DNA from: a virus
Taxonomy: Duplodnaviria; Caudoviricetes
Length of the DNA stretch: 64,000 nucleotides
Strand: one strand, 5' to 3'
IMG/VR virus record: IMGVR_UViG_3300010346_001007
Span: 1-64,000 of that record
Under the pieces are notes generated by a model. The model had not been told where the DNA came from. It searched no databases and was given only the letters and a program-made list of their open reading frames with translations. This document shows, piece by piece, positions 49,302 through 59,385 of the stretch (its first letter is position 1; every line of letters starts with the position of its first letter). The translations under genes and the position numbers were made by a program.

Positions 49302-50371
49302 ATATATTTGCTACTTCATTATGGACTCCCTATACTGGAATAGAATTTTCTGAAGATAAATATATAACTAATGCGTTATGGCGTGATGTTTTATTAAAAT
49401 ATGGAAATATAACTTTTACTGAATTAGAAAAAAGTCAACTGGTATTTTTATTTATTTCATTTACTGGAGAAAAATTTAAATTTGATGAATCGTTGGCTAA
49501 TAAAATTGAATTTTTACAAATACCCATTATAATTTTTGATTATTCTGAGTACGGTCAAGATGGAGCATGGGATAGATTATTTGAATATAATATTTTTGGT
49601 TATAATACCGAGTATTATAATATATTGAATAGAAAAGACTCATTGTTATTGCACGGGTTCCTTGAACGAAATCAACATCTTATTAAATGTTATTTTAAGA
49701 GGGAATTAAATAATAATACAGACAATTCAAAAATTCCATTTAAAGTATTTCCAATAGAATATATAAGTGATAATTATATTTATAATAATCTGGCACAAAC
49801 TTCAGATGAATATTTTAATCGGAAAATTCATTATTCTTTTATTGGTGGAAGTACTAATCGTTCTCGTATAAAATTATATGGAAATATACTAAAAAACATA
49901 GATAAATTTCGTTGTGAAGTTGCGACATCATTTAAACAATGTGATAAAAGATTAGAAGAAAATTCCCATTTTATTTTTTTAAATCATGTTCAATGGTATG
50001 AGCGCACGGAATATAAAAAATTGTTAGAATATCAATTAAATACACGGGTTGTTATGGATATGTATGGATGTGGATTAAAATGTTTTCGCAATGTTGAATC
50101 TACATATAATTCTCTTTCGGCTAAACAGGATCCTACAGTATTAAAATTTACACATCCTTGGATTGATAAAGAAAATTGTATTGTCTTACCAAATAAACCT
50201 GGTACATTATTAATAGATGAAAAATTATCAGTAGAAATTTTATTATACTATCGAAAAAATCAGCATTTACTTTATCCCATATATTTAAAAAGTTTAGATA
50301 CTAATAAATTATATTCTCCGGCGAATTATGTTCCTAATCATGTCATGAAAAATATTAAAGAGAGTTTATGA
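49298..50371 (+). CDS. putative GT-B glycosyltransferase-like protein
   Basis: FKRE, SFIGG...R, G.G.KCFR..E; gene context. Confidence 0.45.
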   Translation: MNIFATSLWTPYTGIEFSEDKYITNALWRDVLLKYGNITFTELEKSQLVFLFISFTGEKFKFDESLANKIEFLQIPIIIFDYSEYGQDGAWDRLFEYNIFGYNTEYYNILNRKDSLLLHGFLERNQHLIKCYFKRELNNNTDNSKIPFKVFPIEYISDNYIYNNLAQTSDEYFNRKIHYSFIGGSTNRSRIKLYGNILKNIDKFRCEVATSFKQCDKRLEENSHFIFLNHVQWYERTEYKKLLEYQLNTRVVMDMYGCGLKCFRNVESTYNSLSAKQDPTVLKFTHPWIDKENCIVLPNKPGTLLIDEKLSVEILLYYRKNQHLLYPIYLKSLDTNKLYSPANYVPNHVMKNIKESL

Positions 50372-50955
50372 ATAAAAAAAATATTTTAATTACTGGTAGT
50401 GGGCCACATTTACCAGAGTGGTGGGATAAGAATGTAGATAAAATAAAAGATTATGAAGTTATATCTATTAATACTTCTATTTGTATAACTAAAGAAAGAT
50501 GTAATCGATGGATAAAGTCGGAAGATTATTATTATTATCATAAAGACTTAGTTGAAACTTTAAGTTTATTAGAAAAAAAATTAAAGCCTTTTGATAAATG
50601 TAAAGGAATTCCTATAATTCCAGTAGCAAATTATGATTGGCCATTTAAATATAAAAGAAATGGAAGCGGCGGAATAATGTTTTTTAATGTATTAGAGGGA
50701 GTAATAAATGAAGCATTTTGGTATAATAATATAAAAGAAATAAATATCGTAGGATGTGATTTAATATATAAAAGTGGAAAAATTAATCATTTTTATGGAA
50801 AATCGGGAACTAATGATCCGATGCGAATGGGAATTCGGTGGATTGAATATAATTTAAAAATGTTTAAACATGCATTTAAATTATTAAATATTCCTGTTTA
50901 TAATTTATCTTTATCGGAGGAAACATTGCTACCTTTTCCTCGAAAAATTTTGTGA
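50368..50955 (+). CDS. Maf/CstII-like (DUF115-type) transferase fold
   Basis: ILITGSG, ISIN, SGG, IVGCDL, HFY, VYNLS. Confidence 0.55.
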   Translation: MNKKNILITGSGPHLPEWWDKNVDKIKDYEVISINTSICITKERCNRWIKSEDYYYYHKDLVETLSLLEKKLKPFDKCKGIPIIPVANYDWPFKYKRNGSGGIMFFNVLEGVINEAFWYNNIKEINIVGCDLIYKSGKINHFYGKSGTNDPMRMGIRWIEYNLKMFKHAFKLLNIPVYNLSLSEETLLPFPRKIL

Positions 50956-51965
50956 AAATACATTTTAGTGATAATAATCATATATGGCCCCGAATGGGGC
51001 CATTTATCAATACATTAAAGCAGGAAAGACATATTGTTTCATATACATTTGATAGATCTTGTCCTTCTAATGTTGATATATGGTTTATTGATTATCATAA
51101 GCGATTGTGGTGGGAAGATATAGTTAAACAAAATAATTTATTAAAAGATATAATCAGTAATTTTAAAGGTAAAATAGTACTTTATTCATTAGATGATAAT
51201 GGGTGGTATCCAGTACAAGGATTACATGCCGATATATTGCATAGAATAAATGCATTAATGGTATTTATTAAGTCTGATTATGATAAATGTAAATCTCCCA
51301 TATTAAATTCTAAAATTATTACTATTCCTCGTTATTTGTGTAATCACAGAGAATTTAATAATAAAATTATTAAAATTCCTCAAATATTCTTTATAGGAAA
51401 TTTGACGGGTGGATATAAGATGGGAGGAAAAAATTGGCGTGTAGAAGCCATGAAATTAATACAAAATTCATTAATAATAAAAAATAAATTTATTGGTGGA
51501 ATTGTAGGTAAAGAAATAATTGATGTAAAGCAAAATGAAGAATACAATAAAACGTTTTTTGATTTAATAGTTCCACCAATTTCTGAAATTGAAAATATTA
51601 GAAGACTTGAAGAAAGTTTAATTACTTTATGTATCCCGGGGAATACAATATGGTCATATCGATTTCCGTTAGCAATGCAATTAAAAACGACCATTATAAC
51701 AATGGAAGGATTAAAAAAGGATCCAGGAGAATGGATGTATAACAATGTATTTTCTGATGAATTTTATTATGTTAAACCGGATTTATCTAATTTCATAGAA
51801 ATTTGTAAATATGCATTGGAAAATATAGAAGAAACTAAGGATAAAGCTGAACGAGCATATCAATTATATAATAAATATTTTAGATTAGAATCCGGTGGTT
51901 TTTATATGCCTCATGTATGGAAAGAAGTAAAAGATAAATTTGAGCGATTAGGAGTAAACTTATAA
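50952..51965 (+). CDS. GT90/CAP10-like glycosyltransferase
   Basis: FFIGNLTG, IPGNTIWSYRF, YVKPDLSN. Confidence 0.55.
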   Translation: MKIHFSDNNHIWPRMGPFINTLKQERHIVSYTFDRSCPSNVDIWFIDYHKRLWWEDIVKQNNLLKDIISNFKGKIVLYSLDDNGWYPVQGLHADILHRINALMVFIKSDYDKCKSPILNSKIITIPRYLCNHREFNNKIIKIPQIFFIGNLTGGYKMGGKNWRVEAMKLIQNSLIIKNKFIGGIVGKEIIDVKQNEEYNKTFFDLIVPPISEIENIRRLEESLITLCIPGNTIWSYRFPLAMQLKTTIITMEGLKKDPGEWMYNNVFSDEFYYVKPDLSNFIEICKYALENIEETKDKAERAYQLYNKYFRLESGGFYMPHVWKEVKDKFERLGVNL

Positions 51966-52010
51966 TTAAATTCGTTAAGAGTTTGGTATTATATAATTAT
52001 ATTTATAAGC

Positions 52011-52649
52011 ATGAGTAAAAAGACAGTTAAAAAACCAGTTAAAGAGAATTTTTTTGAACCCGCCGTTGGCGGGGCGGCAGGAGCCGTTAATGTTCAACCG
52101 GGGTGGGGGACATTTGCTTCCCCAAATGTGCAGCAACATCCTTCGCATTTTGGGTTTGACCATAAGCATATTAATTCTAAAGGAAACACTAGGTCGGATA
52201 ATTTATATAATTCGGCATATTTGCAAAAAGATATAGATCAAATATATAGTCGCCCAACTACACCAACTCCCGATGAAATAGTTACTGGCATTCAATATGA
52301 ATTGGGACAAATGAATAAAAAAGATTTAGCTTTAGCCAAACAGAATGTTGTAATGAATTTAAAAAGAAATCCGAAATATTATTCGGAATTGAAAATGTTA
52401 AATATAACTGATGATGATATGACTAAAAATATGATGGACCCTCCGGCACAACCTCTTTATGAAAAAAAGCATCCTAATGATGCTCCGGCAAAAACTAAAA
52501 TTTCTACTAATTTAGAAGAAACCAAGAAAATTCTGGCCGATTTATCAAAAGGAAAAGATCAAAAATATGTTGTAAATAAAGGAATTGCCGATGTAATGAA
52601 AGAAATGTGGGAGAAAAAGAAGGCTCGCAATTTATGGAAAAAGGTGTAA
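52011..52649 (+). CDS. late protein with DUF5661-like segment
   Basis: GIQYE...LAKQNV..NL..NPKYYSEL; ATATTTATA at 51999-52007. Confidence 0.5.
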   Translation: MSKKTVKKPVKENFFEPAVGGAAGAVNVQPGWGTFASPNVQQHPSHFGFDHKHINSKGNTRSDNLYNSAYLQKDIDQIYSRPTTPTPDEIVTGIQYELGQMNKKDLALAKQNVVMNLKRNPKYYSELKMLNITDDDMTKNMMDPPAQPLYEKKHPNDAPAKTKISTNLEETKKILADLSKGKDQKYVVNKGIADVMKEMWEKKKARNLWKKV

Positions 52650-52650
52650 T

Positions 52651-52914
52651 ATGGCCGATCCAAACGAATATTATCATCCAAAACCTCCCGGAAATGCTCC
52701 ATATGACCCCTCCGTGGGAGATCCGGCTATGATGAAAGATTGTCGGTGGAGAATCAAATGGTTTAACGAAAATACGGGAAGTAAAGTATGGGGACTTGGT
52801 TCTGGGCAAGAATTCCCTAAATTAAGACAAGCTTCTAATATGCATGGAACTCGTGTTTTGGATGCCGGACAAGCAACTCCGGGAAGAAAGTTGCATGTTG
52901 TAAAACAGAAATAA
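52651..52914 (+). CDS. hypothetical protein
   Basis: ORF. Confidence 0.55.
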   Translation: MADPNEYYHPKPPGNAPYDPSVGDPAMMKDCRWRIKWFNENTGSKVWGLGSGQEFPKLRQASNMHGTRVLDAGQATPGRKLHVVKQK

Positions 52915-52922
52915 TTATTGAA

Positions 52923-53768
52923 TTATCTATCTATTACTAGAAGATAAAGTTCTTTTACAAATTGCTTCCATCGAACCTTATCAAAATTCATTAATTCTTT
53001 GAGATTGCGTGATATAAGTTGTATCATATCATCATATATATGAGGTAGTTTTCCTGACACTAACTTGATAAATGTTTGTTTCCAATCTGGTTTTGCAGCA
53101 TTTTTATTTATCCATCTTTTTATATAAAAAGCATAAGTATAAAGGTTGGGTTTGAATTCAATATCTCTGTTATGATGAGGAATGCGGCGTACGAAATCTC
53201 CCATACTATTATATCTGTGTCCCGCAATATCAGTATTGGGGTCTTGATGTAAAACCTTTTCTTTTGGAAGGCCGACGATTTGATTAAGTTGTATCCAATG
53301 CCGAATTTCATGTTTAATGGTTTCAGTTAATTCATCAAAGGAAGATTCAAATTCTTCGATGAAAAATTGTTTATCGGCCAAAATAAAGATTTCCTTGGGT
53401 TGTTCAAATTCGTTTACATATCCATCTCTTGATGATAAATATCCATCGGAAATTTTTAATATAGTGTCGGGAAATTCGGTTGTATTTTTAGGAATAATTC
53501 GAAAATCAGCATTTCCCCATTGAGTCTTATTACGTTCTTTTTTTGTTTTAAAAAAAGCAGCACTTTCTTGTCTATATTGAGTTGCTAATCTAACATATTC
53601 CTGATATTTTACAATGCGACGGTTTGAGGCGGTTTTCACATTCTGGGCCCGGGTTTTGAAATAGGAGAGAAACATCGACGCAATATATTTTGCTAACTTT
53701 TCAGCAAGTTCTTCAACGTCTGGAGGTAGTGCAAACCCAGCTTCACACAATTGTTTTAATTTTATCAT
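52923..53768 (-). CDS. putative zincin metallopeptidase, late
   Basis: TIKHEIRHWIQ plus downstream E; MIKLKQLCE N-terminus. Confidence 0.55.
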   Translation of the reverse strand: MIKLKQLCEAGFALPPDVEELAEKLAKYIASMFLSYFKTRAQNVKTASNRRIVKYQEYVRLATQYRQESAAFFKTKKERNKTQWGNADFRIIPKNTTEFPDTILKISDGYLSSRDGYVNEFEQPKEIFILADKQFFIEEFESSFDELTETIKHEIRHWIQLNQIVGLPKEKVLHQDPNTDIAGHRYNSMGDFVRRIPHHNRDIEFKPNLYTYAFYIKRWINKNAAKPDWKQTFIKLVSGKLPHIYDDMIQLISRNLKELMNFDKVRWKQFVKELYLLVIDR

Positions 53769-53894
53769 AAAGGTATCAAGAATAAATATATAATAATTTC
53801 TGGTTTTTCGGATATATTTAAAAGAGAGTACATTATTCTCAAAAATGTATTTATTGGGAATTTTGTTAGCATTAAAAATAACGATTATAAAAAG

Positions 53895-53923
53895 TTGACA
53901 CTAAATATTAAGTAAGTTATAAT
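53895..53923 (+). promoter_or_regulatory. perfect sigma70 consensus promoter
   Basis: TTGACA-17-TATAAT, 10 nt before ATG. Confidence 0.85.
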
Positions 53924-53933
53924 AAAGGATAAT

Positions 53934-56063
53934 ATGACAACTATACCTCGTACGTTTTGTATTACTCTTAGGGAAACTCCAAAGAGAAAAGAAGAAGCTA
54001 TTAAATATTTCAATCAAGTGGGATTAAATGTTGAAATGTTTGATGGCATACACGGTGAATCATTTGGACTTAAAACGGTTATACCAACTTATGATCTTAT
54101 GGCCGGAAGAGAATATTTTATTACTCAGGGAGCAATAGGATGTATTCTGTCGCATTTAATGTTATGGAATGTATTAATAAATCAACCCGAAGACGAATTT
54201 TTAATTTTAGAAGATGACGCTCAATTGTGTGATGATTTTTTTGAAAAATTTGCCAAATTTAAATTAGAATTACCTGATGATTGGGAAATGGTATATGTGG
54301 GCTATCTTCTTACAAGCGGAGAAAATATTGATACTGTAATTAAAGTATCAGATAATGTAGTTATAGTTGAACCAATGTGTACTCATGCATATTTGGTTAA
54401 AAAATCGGCGCTTAAAGTTCTTATAGAAACCAATCAAATTGCTTGGAATCCATTGGATTTGCAAATTTGTAAACGATCCTTGCCGTTATTAAAACATTAT
54501 GGAGCAAAAACCCCTTTAATTGGACAAAGATCGGTTCTTAATTTAAAGGATGAAACGTGGTATTCTTTATGTTATGATTGGAATGTTAATCCCGAGTGGT
54601 TGGGAAGTTCGAAAAGTAATAATGTTAGATTAGGAAATGGGTGGCATCCTCTTGAAAAGAATGAAGACGGATATATGATTTGGACCGACGGGAGGGGAGA
54701 ATTTATATTTGATGATAAATGGAAAAAAATGCAAATAGAATTTATCATAGAAGGAGAAGTAGAAAAAAAATTAAGAATTGTTTGTCCGCAACACTCGGAT
54801 CAGGTGTATGAATTAAATAAATATGGAATGTATAATTTAACATTTAATATTAACGAATCGCCGTCGGTTATTCTAGTGACTGATACATTTCGACCAAGTG
54901 ATATTTTTAAAACAAGCGATAACAGAAGGTTAGGAATAAGATTATTAAAAGGTATTACTCTTACTGATGTGGAAGGGAAATCGACATTTGTTAGTTTATA
55001 TTCAATGTATGGAGCCAAAAAAGTTGATGAGATGTCTAAAACTGCCGGAATTAGCATGCTTAAAATTAAATATAGTCATGCCGATGGAAAAATAAATCTA
55101 AGAGGACAATATTCGTATAATCATCATCGTTCGGGATTTGGTTATATGCTTGAATTATTATCTGAATATCATCGAGAAGATGCAACGGTAATGGATACAT
55201 GGGTAGAGAGAACATTTGCATGGGAAAAAGTAAAAAATTCACAATTACGGTTTATACCGTATCGTGAACCTTGGGTGGGGATAATGCACCATCCACCAAA
55301 TACTCCTAGCTGGTTCACGGATAATGCAACGCCTTATACTATAATTCAGTGTAAAGAATTTCAAGAAAGTTTACCTATGTGCAAAGGATTATATGTGTTT
55401 TCACAATATCATGCCGATTTCTTAAAATGCTTTATTAAAACTATACCCATAGAGGTTCTTCGATTGCCCACCGAAACCCCCGAGGTTAAATTTAATATGG
55501 ATAAGTTTATTGCTAATACTAATAAAAAAATTGTTAATATTGGATATTGGTTGAGAAAATTATCTTCTATTTATTTATTAAATTCAGACCAGGGAATTTA
55601 TCAAAAGATTCGTCTGTTACCGGCAACGACATGGGTTCCACCAGAATTAATAGAAACAACACTTGATATAGAAGCCGGATTTCGTGGTTATCCAATTTCG
55701 GATGATATGAAACGATCTGTTATAGATGTTCGCCATCTTCCTAATGATGAATATGATGAATTGCTTTCAAAAAATATATTGTTTGTTGATTTATATGATG
55801 CCAGTGCTAATAATTGTGTTATTGAAGCTATGGTAAGAAATACTCCAATATTAATTAATCCTGTACCTGCGGTGGTTGAATATTTAGGTGAACAATATCC
55901 ATTTTATTTTAAAGATTTAGAAGAAGCTTCTAAAAAGCTAAAGGATATAGCTCTAATTAAAGAAACCAGTGATTATTTATTAAATAGTGGTATCGCAGAA
56001 AAAGTATCGGATGAACATTTTAAACGTACAATTAGAAATGGGGAAATCTGGAAGAATTTATGA
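53934..56063 (+). CDS. multidomain glycosyltransferase: GT25 + beta domain + GT-B-like
   Basis: GCILSH, LILEDD, THAY; C-terminal ANNCVIEAMVRNTP. Confidence 0.8.
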   Translation: MTTIPRTFCITLRETPKRKEEAIKYFNQVGLNVEMFDGIHGESFGLKTVIPTYDLMAGREYFITQGAIGCILSHLMLWNVLINQPEDEFLILEDDAQLCDDFFEKFAKFKLELPDDWEMVYVGYLLTSGENIDTVIKVSDNVVIVEPMCTHAYLVKKSALKVLIETNQIAWNPLDLQICKRSLPLLKHYGAKTPLIGQRSVLNLKDETWYSLCYDWNVNPEWLGSSKSNNVRLGNGWHPLEKNEDGYMIWTDGRGEFIFDDKWKKMQIEFIIEGEVEKKLRIVCPQHSDQVYELNKYGMYNLTFNINESPSVILVTDTFRPSDIFKTSDNRRLGIRLLKGITLTDVEGKSTFVSLYSMYGAKKVDEMSKTAGISMLKIKYSHADGKINLRGQYSYNHHRSGFGYMLELLSEYHREDATVMDTWVERTFAWEKVKNSQLRFIPYREPWVGIMHHPPNTPSWFTDNATPYTIIQCKEFQESLPMCKGLYVFSQYHADFLKCFIKTIPIEVLRLPTETPEVKFNMDKFIANTNKKIVNIGYWLRKLSSIYLLNSDQGIYQKIRLLPATTWVPPELIETTLDIEAGFRGYPISDDMKRSVIDVRHLPNDEYDELLSKNILFVDLYDASANNCVIEAMVRNTPILINPVPAVVEYLGEQYPFYFKDLEEASKKLKDIALIKETSDYLLNSGIAEKVSDEHFKRTIRNGEIWKNL

Positions 56064-56845
56064 TTCCGAAAATTATTCATTTTATATTTGGATTAAGAGA
56101 AGATTTTGGAGGAATGCCGTTCTCTCAATGTCATTATTGGTCTATATTATCTGCTAAAATAATAAATAAAGATTATGAAATAGTTTTACATTATTTTTAC
56201 GAACCAGTTAATAATGAATGGTGGGAAAAATGTAAAAGTATAATAAAATTAAATAAATTAAAACAACTTCCTGTATCTGTTACAAATCATATTATAGAAA
56301 AACATGCTCATCGTTCTGATTTATTGCGGTTGGATATATTAAATGAAGAAGGAGGTATATGTTTAGATATTGATACTATTTGTATTAAACCTTTTGATCC
56401 GTTATTAGTACATGAAAATAAAGTTGTCATGGGAATAGAAGTATTTGACGGAATTATTACAGGATTGTGTAATGCAGTTATTATTTCAAATAAAAACAAT
56501 ATATTTTTACAAAGATGGAAACAATTGTGTTTAATTGAATTCGATCCACGAGATTATAATAGAACAGGCGTAAAACTTCCGTGGAGATTATATAATAGTT
56601 TTCCCGATGATATATGGGTTGAACCGCCAGAGTCATTTTTTCGGTTAACATGGTCGGAAAAAGACTTTCAAGAGATGTATTTTAATAAAATTATATTTGA
56701 TCGTTCTTATTCAGTGCATTTATATAATGGCTCGTGGAAATATCTTCAGCAAATTACGTATGAAGATATTATGAATAAAGATACTTCGTATAATTTACTT
56801 ATGAGAAAAATTTTAAATGAAGCACGTACTCAATCAATTCTTTGA
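56060..56845 (+). CDS. GT32 (DXD) glycosyltransferase
   Basis: IPKIIHF, SDLLRL...GGICLDID. Confidence 0.85.
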   Translation: MIPKIIHFIFGLREDFGGMPFSQCHYWSILSAKIINKDYEIVLHYFYEPVNNEWWEKCKSIIKLNKLKQLPVSVTNHIIEKHAHRSDLLRLDILNEEGGICLDIDTICIKPFDPLLVHENKVVMGIEVFDGIITGLCNAVIISNKNNIFLQRWKQLCLIEFDPRDYNRTGVKLPWRLYNSFPDDIWVEPPESFFRLTWSEKDFQEMYFNKIIFDRSYSVHLYNGSWKYLQQITYEDIMNKDTSYNLLMRKILNEARTQSIL

Positions 56846-57470
56846 CAAAATTTATTGTATTACTTGTGAAAATTTTACAGATCGACACAGTCTTGTAAAA
56901 GAACAATTAAAAGATATTGAATTTGATTGGGTTATTAGTCCTCCTTCAGCATCGTTATTTAATAATGGGCATATTACTACTTCAGAAATGTCTGTGGCGC
57001 TGGGACAAATATCTGTGATAAATAATGCCCGTTTAAATGGATATAATAAAATTGCTATTTGGGAAGATGATGGAGTACTAACGGCAACTTCAAATGAAAT
57101 TAAATCTTTTATAGATGAAATTCCTGATAAGTGGGATTTTTTATATTTGGGAAATGCTAACTGGACGGATAAATTTTGGCCTCCTATCGTTAAAGAATAT
57201 TCTTTGCATGTTAATAAAGTTTATAGAGCAAATGGTTGTTCATTTATAGGAATAAATTCACAAATATATAATGAAATATTATTTAAGTTAAATAAATTAG
57301 ATCGGGCTTCTGATTTTAAATTTAACGATTTATATGAGAGAGGTAATACTTACGGTCCAAAAAAGTATTTTTCCAATACTATATCTATACCCCACGAAAA
57401 AATACGGCACACTTTTAGTGAAGAAAATTTGAAAAAGTTTATTCCTTCTTATATTTCTCATACTTTATAA
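56817..57470 (+). CDS. GT25-like glycosyltransferase
   Basis: FDKIYCI...DR, IWEDD, WDFLYLG. Confidence 0.75.
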   Translation: MKHVLNQFFDKIYCITCENFTDRHSLVKEQLKDIEFDWVISPPSASLFNNGHITTSEMSVALGQISVINNARLNGYNKIAIWEDDGVLTATSNEIKSFIDEIPDKWDFLYLGNANWTDKFWPPIVKEYSLHVNKVYRANGCSFIGINSQIYNEILFKLNKLDRASDFKFNDLYERGNTYGPKKYFSNTISIPHEKIRHTFSEENLKKFIPSYISHTL

Positions 57471-57513
57471 TTTATAGTAAGTTATTTGTTTTTACTGTGA
57501 TATTTATATAAGT

Positions 57514-58485
57514 ATGGAAAACTATAGAGAATATTGTAATAGGCTTTTGGGATTACCCAAAAATAAAAAATCGATTTTATCTGAAATGAGGCATACTTCC
57601 CTCGATTCTCCGATATTATCTCCGACGGCAATACCTACTCCTATTATTGGTGGGGCTGTTAGAGGAAGTGTTACGGGAGGATTGCCTTCGGGGGCCGACC
57701 AATTTGGAGATATAAGCCCCAGCCGATTGGGGGGTTATGAAAAGGTCGATGTAAATACAGTTAATAGTAAACTTGTAGATAATACTCCTAAAAATCCCGA
57801 AATAGCATCGCCCAATCCTATTAATCAAGACCCATCTTTAGTGGGGGGAGTTACGCACCCGCATCAAGTTCAAAAAAATGCGGGGGAAGTCCCTCAAAAT
57901 GTTACAGGAGCTTCTACGGATGGCGATGATTCTTTAATGGTAAAACCAAACGCCCCCGATGGAATTGATATTGAAATAGATGAGAGGGGAAAAACCCCTC
58001 CGGTTGGAAGCCATGTAGTAAGAGAACTGGATGAAACATTCAGAAGGCATAAAAAATTTATGAGAAAAAGTCTTAATCTTAAAGAATGTACCTGTGAATG
58101 CGGAGATCCCGATTGTAAATGTGAATGCATGACTGACGAATGTATGACGGATGAGTGCAAATCTTGTGGTTGCGGAAAATCTAAAAAAAATAAAATGGAA
58201 GAAAACGTGGGAGCTTCGGAACCATTTGTAACTAAATGGAAAATGGATCCGGAAAAAGCTGGAATGATAAAAGTTGAAGAAAAAGAAACGATTAAAGAAG
58301 CATTTGAACGATTGAATACTTTAGCTGGTATATCTCCATTAAAAGAAAAAAATAAAGAAAAAGAAGTTAATGAAGAAGAACTTTCAGAAACCTCTGATAA
58401 ATACAGTCCTCCATTTTCTCGTATGAGAGGTTTAGCAAATATTGGTGAAAAAAGAATGATGCCCGACGGTACTTGGACGGTGTAA
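57514..58485 (+). CDS. late protein with Cys-rich metallothionein-like segment
   Basis: CTCECGDPDCKCECMTDECMTDECKSCGC; ATATTTATA at 57500-57508. Confidence 0.6.
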   Translation: MENYREYCNRLLGLPKNKKSILSEMRHTSLDSPILSPTAIPTPIIGGAVRGSVTGGLPSGADQFGDISPSRLGGYEKVDVNTVNSKLVDNTPKNPEIASPNPINQDPSLVGGVTHPHQVQKNAGEVPQNVTGASTDGDDSLMVKPNAPDGIDIEIDERGKTPPVGSHVVRELDETFRRHKKFMRKSLNLKECTCECGDPDCKCECMTDECMTDECKSCGCGKSKKNKMEENVGASEPFVTKWKMDPEKAGMIKVEEKETIKEAFERLNTLAGISPLKEKNKEKEVNEEELSETSDKYSPPFSRMRGLANIGEKRMMPDGTWTV

Positions 58486-58487
58486 TT

Positions 58488-58928
58488 ATGTCAGATAAAA
58501 TAAATAATATTATAGATTCCGGATTAAAACATCAATTGGGATCTTTATATCATTATTTATCTAAAAAATTAAATATACGTAAAATTCCTCGCTTAAAAGT
58601 GGTTAATGATAAAAAAAATCATGATAATCCATTTGGATATACTGCGTATTATAAAAATAATACAATTACATTATATATTACCGGAAGACATTCAACCGAT
58701 ATTCTTCGGTCCTTTGCTCATGAAGTAATACATCATTGGCAAAATGAACGAGGAACGTTGAGAGATTCTAATTCTAACGATCCAGGATATGCTCAGTCGG
58801 ATGAGTGGTTAAGAAGAAGAGAAATGGAAGCATATCTATTTGGAAATTTATTATTTAGAGATTGGCAAGATGAGAATAGAAATGGTCCTCCTAAAAATAT
58901 TCCTTTCTTGCCTCAACCATTGGATTAA
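58488..58928 (+). CDS. zincin-like metallopeptidase domain protein
   Basis: RHSTDILRSFAHEVIHHWQ...EMEA. Confidence 0.7.
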   Translation: MSDKINNIIDSGLKHQLGSLYHYLSKKLNIRKIPRLKVVNDKKNHDNPFGYTAYYKNNTITLYITGRHSTDILRSFAHEVIHHWQNERGTLRDSNSNDPGYAQSDEWLRRREMEAYLFGNLLFRDWQDENRNGPPKNIPFLPQPLD

Positions 58929-58931
58929 ATT

Positions 58932-59360
58932 ATGAGTGATAATTACGAAAGTTTAAATTCAAAATTGCCCGATTTAAAGTCCGTAATTATAAATAGAGCA
59001 AAGGGTAAACGTGAAGAAATATTACCGCCTCCCGGAACATTTGATCCATACCAAATGATGATTGATAGAAAAAGAGAAATGGATCCATCTGACTTTAAAC
59101 CAGGTCCTATTGTACGATGGCCCAAAGAAGATATTGAAGCGTTAGAAGAATATTGTAAAAAAATGGGAATACATGGATTTAAAACAACAATAAATCCAAA
59201 AATTGCTTTAGCACAATTGAAGCGAAAATTCGGGGACGATTATACGGGAGTACCAATGGAAGACCGAGTTCCAGAAGGATATGAACGAATAACACCTAAA
59301 TATGGTCCTAATAATACCTATTCCGAGGCAATGCGGAAAAAACAAATATTACACGATTAA
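58932..59360 (+). CDS. hypothetical protein
   Basis: ORF. Confidence 0.55.
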   Translation: MSDNYESLNSKLPDLKSVIINRAKGKREEILPPPGTFDPYQMMIDRKREMDPSDFKPGPIVRWPKEDIEALEEYCKKMGIHGFKTTINPKIALAQLKRKFGDDYTGVPMEDRVPEGYERITPKYGPNNTYSEAMRKKQILHD

Positions 59361-59385
59361 TTTTATTTATAAGAATTAAATAAAA

